Below, one piece after another: positions 36,588 through 41,393 of a DNA stretch of 41,393 nucleotides; position 1 is the first letter of the stretch; every line of letters begins with the position of its first letter. The DNA is from Candidatus Fermentithermobacillaceae bacterium (GTDB lineage: Bacteria; Bacillota; Sulfobacillia; Fermentithermobacillales; Fermentithermobacillaceae), in contig DUTL01000294.1 of the NCBI GenBank assembly GCA_012842105.1, forward strand, positions 1 to 41,393. The letters run 5' to 3'. The notes beneath the pieces were generated by a model. The model was not told the DNA's origin and did not search any database. It saw only the letters and a program-made list of their open reading frames with translations. Position numbers and translations under genes: made by a program.

Positions 36588-37177
36588 TGATTAAGCAGCC
36601 TTGACAGGCCCTTAAGCCCTTTCTTTCTGTCTTTTCGGGACGAAGCCATGACCAAGGCGTACCTCAAATCCCTTACCTCTGCAATAAGACGTTCAACGAC
36701 CTGAGTAAGCCGCTGGATTTGCTCTTTTTCCGAGATTGTGTTGGTGCAAATCTCACGCCTCAAGTCCAGAATCATGTCTTGTACATATGAAACGCGTTTG
36801 GGTTCGCGCACTATGTTATCAAGGCAACCCATCCACGAATAACCAGGATCCTCAGGTGAATCTTCTGACAAATAGACGATCTCTGATGAAACATCCAGGG
36901 TTGCCGATGATGCCACTTGCTCGTTTATCCGGCTGAGGACTATATCGGGCCAACCTGATTCTCCTTTTGAGTCGCGAAGGGCCTTCTTGATTTCGTCGTC
37001 TGAAAACCCCTGTTCCTGCATGGTTACAATCATAGATATTGCACTCAATGAACCTCTGGGCACCTTGTTAGACGGAGTTATGCCCAGTATGCTTCCGAAT
37101 TTGCTGTTTATGTCTCTCATAAGAGATTTGGATAGCCCAAGGCTATCACCTACATCAGACCAGAAGACTTCAGCCAT
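36584..37177 (-). CDS. Hypothetical protein, possibly with a MerR-like N-terminal HTH and a C-terminal coiled coil
   Basis: 197 aa. The N-terminal pattern V...LGLS....R......F...GI.P......RG..S......I..MQEQGFSDDEIKKAL loosely resembles MerR-type HTH plus wing. The C-terminus is helical. The assignment is weak. Confidence 0.35.
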   Translation of the reverse strand: MAEVFWSDVGDSLGLSKSLMRDINSKFGSILGITPSNKVPRGSLSAISMIVTMQEQGFSDDEIKKALRDSKGESGWPDIVLSRINEQVASSATLDVSSEIVYLSEDSPEDPGYSWMGCLDNIVREPKRVSYVQDMILDLRREICTNTISEKEQIQRLTQVVERLIAEVRDLRYALVMASSRKDRKKGLKGLSRLLNH

Positions 37178-37377
37178 TGTGTTTCCTCCAGCTTCAAACC
37201 GGTATTATTCTACCAACGTCTATACGTATACTACCATACTATCCAAGATTTGGCACCAGGTGTGCGGTACATGTTCTACTTTGCCCTCTTTGTTTACTGC
37301 CAAAGATAAGTTATGTTAGACTAAAGTTTGGTGGTTCTCCTTTGTGCAATATTGCTGGAGGAAGGTGCAGTTACAAC

Positions 37378-39480
37378 ATGAGTAAGTTTACGTCTCTAAT
37401 GCGTCCCCGGTCAGTGGCCATCGTAGGTGCTTCGAAGACACCTGGCAAGATCGGTTACGCAGTTGTTGAAAACATGAAATCCTCAGGATTTACAGGCGAG
37501 ATTTACCCCATCAATCCTAAAGAAGCAGAAATAGCAGGCCTCAAAGCATATCCTTCAATCACAGAAGTCAAAAAGCCGGTGGATGTAGCAGTGCTTTGCG
37601 TTCCGGCCAGGGTCTCGATACCCGTGGCAGAAGAATGTGGCCAGGCCGGAGTAAAACACATGATTGTTATCACAGCCGGGTTCAAGGAAGTTGGAAAAGA
37701 AGGCCGTGAGCTTGAGGATAAGCTCATTGAGATCGCCGGCAAGTACGGAATGAGCATAGTGGGGCCCAACTGTCTTGGAGTCATTGATACTCACACACCT
37801 TTCAACGCCACTTTTGCCAAGAATATGGCGCTCAAGGGAAATATAGCTTTCATATCTCAAAGTGGCGCGCTGTGTATCGCCATTTTGGACTGGAGCCTCA
37901 AAATTGGGTTAGGTTTCAGCCAGTTCGTGAGTTTCGGCAACAAGGCTGATCTCAATGAGGCCGACTTCATTGAAATTGCAAGCCATGATCCAAATACCAA
38001 AGTCATCTGCTTGTACCTTGAAGACATAGTAGACGGACCCCGATTTATCAAGGCCGCAAGGGAAGCCACCAAACGCGTTCCTGTTATTGTTCTTAAGTCA
38101 GGGGTCAGTGCAGCAGGTGCAAAAGCAGCGTCCTCTCATACAGGCGCTCTTGCAGGTTCAGATACCGCTTACGAAACAGCATTCAGGCATGCCGGTGTAC
38201 TCAGGGCGTCAAGTATGACTGAATTGTTCGATTTGGCCAGTGCTTTCACAACCCAACCCATTCCACAAGGCAAACGGATTGCAGTTATCACTAACTCCGG
38301 AGGCCCTGGGATTGTGGCAAGCGACTCAATCGAATTGGGTGGCCTCAAAATGGCTCAGTTCAGCGAGAAGACCCTGGACCTGCTCAAGGAGACCATGCCT
38401 TCAATGGCGAACATTCACAACCCAATAGACGTTATTGGCGATGCGCATTACGACCGGTATGAAACCGCCCTAAATGCTGCTCTTGCAGATCCAAACGTTG
38501 ATGCGGCAACTGTACTTCTTAGCCCTACCGCTGTCATAGAAGTTGACAAAGTGGCTAACGTAATAATTGAAGCAAGACGCAAGTACCCTGACAAGCCTGT
38601 AGTAGCTTCGTTCACAGGTGGTTTTGCCGTGGAAAACGGTGTTGCACATCTTAGGGAACATGGCGTACCCACATATGCTTTTCCTGAGCCGGGGGTGGCG
38701 ACACTCCGGGGAATGGCCAAGTTCTCAGAACTGAGAGAGGCCATCAGAGACGGCGAAGAGTGGACTTTCGACGATGTGTGCAAAGACAAAGTCAAAGCGA
38801 TTTTTGAAAAAGTTCGTTCAGACGGAAGAGACCTGCTTCTTAGCCCGGAAGCTGCTGAAGTGGCTGAACTTTACAAGATCCCGGCAGCTCCTTCCCGTCT
38901 GGCTACAACGGAAGATGAGGCAGAGAAGTTTGCTTTGGAAATGGATTTCCCTGTAGTTATGAAAATCGCTTCTCCTGACATTATGCACAAGACTGACATA
39001 GGCGGAGTCAAAGTCGGCCTTAAGTCCAAAGAAGACGTAAGGGCTGCCTTTATTTCGATAATGGAGAATTCAAAGAAAGCAGTTCCCGGCGCAAAGATCT
39101 ACGGCGTTGAGGTTCAGAAGATGATGCCAAAGGGTGACGAAATTATCATCGGGATGGTCAAAGACCCCACCTTTGGGCCAATGGTTGCTTTTGGTTCAGG
39201 CGGAATCTTGGTAAACCTTTTGCAAGATGCCTCCTTCAGGCTGGCTTCAGGGCTCACCAAGCGTGAAGTTGATGAAATGATTACCGAGACCAAAGCATAT
39301 ACCATACTAAAGGGCTTTAGAGGTGCCGAAGCCGATGATATTCCTGCAATAGCTGAAGCAGTGGCCAGAGTGGCACAGCTGTGCAGGGATTTCCCGGAGA
39401 TATCCGAACTGGATATAAACCCGGTTTTTGCGTATCCTAAGGGACTGAGTGCGCTTGATATAAAAATCAAGCTCTCATAA
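37378..39480 (+). CDS. ADP-forming acetyl-CoA synthetase-family protein (fused CoA-binding, succinyl-CoA-synthetase-like and ATP-grasp domains)
   Basis: N-terminal PRSVAIVGAS..PGKIGY CoA-binding Rossmann fold, FISQSGAL, a SSHTGALAG phosphohistidine loop, and a C-terminal ATP-grasp (FPVVMKI.SPDI.HKTD.GGV). ATG-37378 is the start, and the tracked 67-aa upstream extension is non-coding. Confidence 0.85.
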   Translation: MSKFTSLMRPRSVAIVGASKTPGKIGYAVVENMKSSGFTGEIYPINPKEAEIAGLKAYPSITEVKKPVDVAVLCVPARVSIPVAEECGQAGVKHMIVITAGFKEVGKEGRELEDKLIEIAGKYGMSIVGPNCLGVIDTHTPFNATFAKNMALKGNIAFISQSGALCIAILDWSLKIGLGFSQFVSFGNKADLNEADFIEIASHDPNTKVICLYLEDIVDGPRFIKAAREATKRVPVIVLKSGVSAAGAKAASSHTGALAGSDTAYETAFRHAGVLRASSMTELFDLASAFTTQPIPQGKRIAVITNSGGPGIVASDSIELGGLKMAQFSEKTLDLLKETMPSMANIHNPIDVIGDAHYDRYETALNAALADPNVDAATVLLSPTAVIEVDKVANVIIEARRKYPDKPVVASFTGGFAVENGVAHLREHGVPTYAFPEPGVATLRGMAKFSELREAIRDGEEWTFDDVCKDKVKAIFEKVRSDGRDLLLSPEAAEVAELYKIPAAPSRLATTEDEAEKFALEMDFPVVMKIASPDIMHKTDIGGVKVGLKSKEDVRAAFISIMENSKKAVPGAKIYGVEVQKMMPKGDEIIIGMVKDPTFGPMVAFGSGGILVNLLQDASFRLASGLTKREVDEMITETKAYTILKGFRGAEADDIPAIAEAVARVAQLCRDFPEISELDINPVFAYPKGLSALDIKIKLS

Positions 39481-39489
39481 GCACAAAAC

Positions 39490-39532
39490 AGGTAACCGGT
39501 GCATAGGCAACCAGCCCTTTGCCCGGTTACCT
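39490..39532 (+). terminator. 10-bp perfect-stem hairpin after the acetyl-CoA synthetase gene
   Basis: AGGTAACCGG (39490-39499) pairs with CCGGTTACCT (39523-39532). The loop is 23 nt and there is no U-tract. Confidence 0.4.
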
Positions 39533-39560
39533 CTTACTCAGTATCCAGGGAGGTTTGCGT

Positions 39561-39788
39561 GTGGGCATGCTACATACTGCCGGCGGCTCAGAGACATTGT
39601 CAGCGCCGCATCAAAACTCTCAGCAGGCGGAATCCAAACCGCAAAACCAAATTCATCTGGGATATCCAAAGAAACTTCAGAGGAGTTCCAAACGCAGGAA
39701 AAGGAAACGCCGCCCGGGACTGAATCTGGAGCCCAAGGCTTACCATGACGAAATACATGATCCTGAAATACCGTTTATCCCCGAGTGA
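39561..39788 (+). CDS. Candidate small, highly basic protein (75 aa)
   Basis: GTG-39561 lies 7 nt after GGGAGG. The product contains KKLQRSSKRRKRKRRPG and an acidic/His tail. No family recognised. A second overlapping ORF (39499-39723) competes, so coding status is uncertain. Confidence 0.3.
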   Translation: MGMLHTAGGSETLSAPHQNSQQAESKPQNQIHLGYPKKLQRSSKRRKRKRRPGLNLEPKAYHDEIHDPEIPFIPE

Positions 39789-39794
39789 AGCGCC

Positions 39795-40745
39795 TCACTT
39801 CCCTATTGCTGTAGCCGCGAGGCGCTTCATGGTTTCCACGTTTTCATAGGGGATACCGGAATCTCCTATCATTGCGCCTTCTGACGATGAAGCGCCGTGA
39901 AAATCTGAGCCTCCCGTAACAATCAGCCTATTTTTACGTGCCATATTCAAGTACTTCTGCCGCAATGCACAGTTATGCTCAGGGTGGTACACTTCTATTC
40001 CTTGAAGGCCGCATTCTACAAGCTCATTGAGGAGCCAATCCCCCCCTGTTGTTCCGGGGTGGGCCCAGACGGCAAGGCCTTTGGCCGCTTGTATTGCTTC
40101 AATCGCCTGGGCAGGGCTAAGATGCAACCTACCGGCGTATGCAGGTCTGCCTATACCGAGGTACAGGCCAAACGCCTCTTTGACACTTGAAGTGTAGCCT
40201 TTTTCAACCATGGCTTCAGCTATATGGGGCCTGCCAACTGAGTCTCCCCTGGATAGTTCCAGTATCCTGGAAACTTCAACTGGCATACCCAGAGAGGCAA
40301 GCTTTTCCGCAATGACTTCAACCCTCTGAAGGCGTGACTGCCTGAGCGTGGCCAATAATTCAGTGAACTGCCTATTCTCAGGATCAATGAAGTATCCCAG
40401 AATATGCAGTTCCCACCTTCCCCAGTGGCTGCTTATCTCAATACCCGGGATTACTTCCACATCGTTGGCATTGACAATCCCCAACCCGCCGGCGGAGTAT
40501 GCTATTGCAAGTTCCAGATAGCCAGACAGGGTATCATGATCACATACGGAAATGGCCCTTAGCCCTACTGCAAGTGAATGACTAACCACCTCATGAGGTG
40601 TGAGTTGACCATCAGAGGCGGTAGTATGAATATGGAGGTCACAAAAATCACGACAATCAGAATAATCGTTCCTCGGCCTAAAGGCTTCTCTAGCCGGGAA
40701 AACTTTGCCGCATATTTGATCAAGCTGCGACTGGTTTGAGCCCAA
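39795..40745 (-). CDS. PHP-domain phosphoesterase (TrpH/YciV-like)
   Basis: Contains DLHIHTTASDG, SVCDHDT and later His-containing PHP motifs (WAHP, GIEVYHPEH, GGSDFHG). The only in-frame start is TTG-40745, directly abutting the spoVS stop (TAA-TTG). Confidence 0.8.
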   Translation of the reverse strand: MGSNQSQLDQICGKVFPAREAFRPRNDYSDCRDFCDLHIHTTASDGQLTPHEVVSHSLAVGLRAISVCDHDTLSGYLELAIAYSAGGLGIVNANDVEVIPGIEISSHWGRWELHILGYFIDPENRQFTELLATLRQSRLQRVEVIAEKLASLGMPVEVSRILELSRGDSVGRPHIAEAMVEKGYTSSVKEAFGLYLGIGRPAYAGRLHLSPAQAIEAIQAAKGLAVWAHPGTTGGDWLLNELVECGLQGIEVYHPEHNCALRQKYLNMARKNRLIVTGGSDFHGASSSEGAMIGDSGIPYENVETMKRLAATAIGK

Positions 40746-41048
40746 TTAGTTTCTTGGGCTGACTATGAGTTTGATAGCTGTCCGTTCCTGGCCATCTATT
40801 GTGATGTCAGTAAACGCTGGAACACAAACAAGATCGACTCCGCTTGGCGCAACAAATCCTCGTGCAATTGCCACTGCTTTGATAGCTTGATTTATGGCAC
40901 CTGCCCCTATGCCCTGAATTTCAGCATAACCTCGTTCTCTGATAACTCCGGCCAGTGCACCAGCAACTGCATTAGGACTTGACTTTGAGGAAACTTTGAG
41001 AACTTCAACGGACGTGGTATCTCGGCGATCTACGTTGGCTACTCCCAA
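40746..41048 (-). CDS. spoVS: Stage V sporulation protein S
   Basis: Near-identical to the canonical SpoVS core (LKVS.KS.PN.VAGALAGV.RERG.AEIQ.IGAGA.NQA.KAVAIARGFVAPSGVDL.C.PAFTDI.IDG.ERTAIKLIV). TTG-41048 lies 6 nt after GGAGGG. Confidence 0.95.
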   Translation of the reverse strand: MGVANVDRRDTTSVEVLKVSSKSSPNAVAGALAGVIRERGYAEIQGIGAGAINQAIKAVAIARGFVAPSGVDLVCVPAFTDITIDGQERTAIKLIVSPRN

Positions 41049-41227
41049 TCTTATCCCTCCAAAGTAAATTAATTAACTGCGGCAATTGTAAATAACCTAT
41101 AACTTGAACTACCGAATCTTGGTGTATTTCCATTCTACTGGTAATCCATGTATTTGACAAGGAGAATTTACCCTTAGAAAGCAAATATTGACTTCTTTGG
41201 GTAAGATTCAATCATATTGGGACTGTG

Positions 41228-41392
41228 TCATTCTCTTATTAGTATACGCTCAATTTTTTCAGCTCTGCCGGAAGGGTTAATAGCACATAAAACTGCACAT
41301 AACTGTCGCTTCCCTTTGGCTGGCTCATGACGAACGGGTAATTGCGTTAGGAACTTCTTAATGATAGTTTTGCGCTTGACCCCGATGACTCC
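41228..41392 (-). CDS. ymdB: C-terminal fragment of a YmdB-like (TIGR00282) metallophosphoesterase, truncated by the window edge
   Basis: The minus-strand frame gives GVIGVKRKTIIKKFLTQLPVRHEPAKGKRQLCAVLCAINPSGRAEKIERILIRE*, with its stop at 41228-41230. This resembles what I recall of the YmdB C-terminus, and ymdB precedes spoVS in B. subtilis. At 54 aa it falls below the ORF-track cutoff. Confidence 0.6.
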   Translation of the reverse strand, partial: GVIGVKRKTIIKKFLTQLPVRHEPAKGKRQLCAVLCAINPSGRAEKIERILIRE

Positions 41393-41393
41393 T

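Noticed and set aside
37177-37377. 67-codon N-terminal extension of the acetyl-CoA synthetase ORF
   Set aside because: The extension is Cys/Leu/Pro-rich nonsense covering the divergent promoter region. The conserved CoA-binding domain starts right after ATG-37378, which has an upstream GGAGGAAGG.
41005-41211. 68-aa ORF on the minus strand upstream of spoVS
   Set aside because: It overlaps the spoVS start and promoter region in another frame, has no RBS and has an unconvincing composition.

Overview
This 41.4-kb chromosomal segment comes from a spore-forming Firmicute (Bacillota). That call rests on spoVS, spoVK and a ylyA-like gene, plus Bacillus-like synteny: ylyA-lspA-rluD, spoVK-hflX-ynbB, miaB-mutS-mutL-miaA-hfq, nifZ-thiI and ymdB-spoVS. 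Almost every gene is conserved housekeeping. The categories are cell division (ylmE, divIVA), lipoprotein processing, a five-gene Opp-type peptide ABC transporter, SOS control (lexA), mismatch repair, tRNA modification and sporulation. I found no rRNA or tRNA genes, CRISPR array, transposase, integrase or recognisable defence system.

The most informative non-coding signal is a near-canonical 28-nt dif (Xer) site at 17468-17495. It lies in a 780-bp ORF-free gap exactly where gene orientation flips from + to -, so the window probably spans the replication terminus.

The best leads for something undescribed are modest:
- A lexA-divergent operon encoding a small acidic Trp-rich protein and a leaderless double-LysM protein with an unrecognised Cys/His-rich N-domain. 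The lexA promoter beside it carries a symmetric GAAG-N4-CTTC palindrome instead of the Firmicute GAAC-N4-GTTC box.
- A hairpin-dense, visibly GC-richer, ORF-free region of about 0.5 kb upstream of oppA, which may be a structured RNA or leader.
- About 670 bp of unexplained repeat-bearing DNA beside dif.
- An internally duplicated two-P-loop NTPase of unknown function.

No claim here was verified by search or computation. Start codons were re-picked by eye from RBS context.
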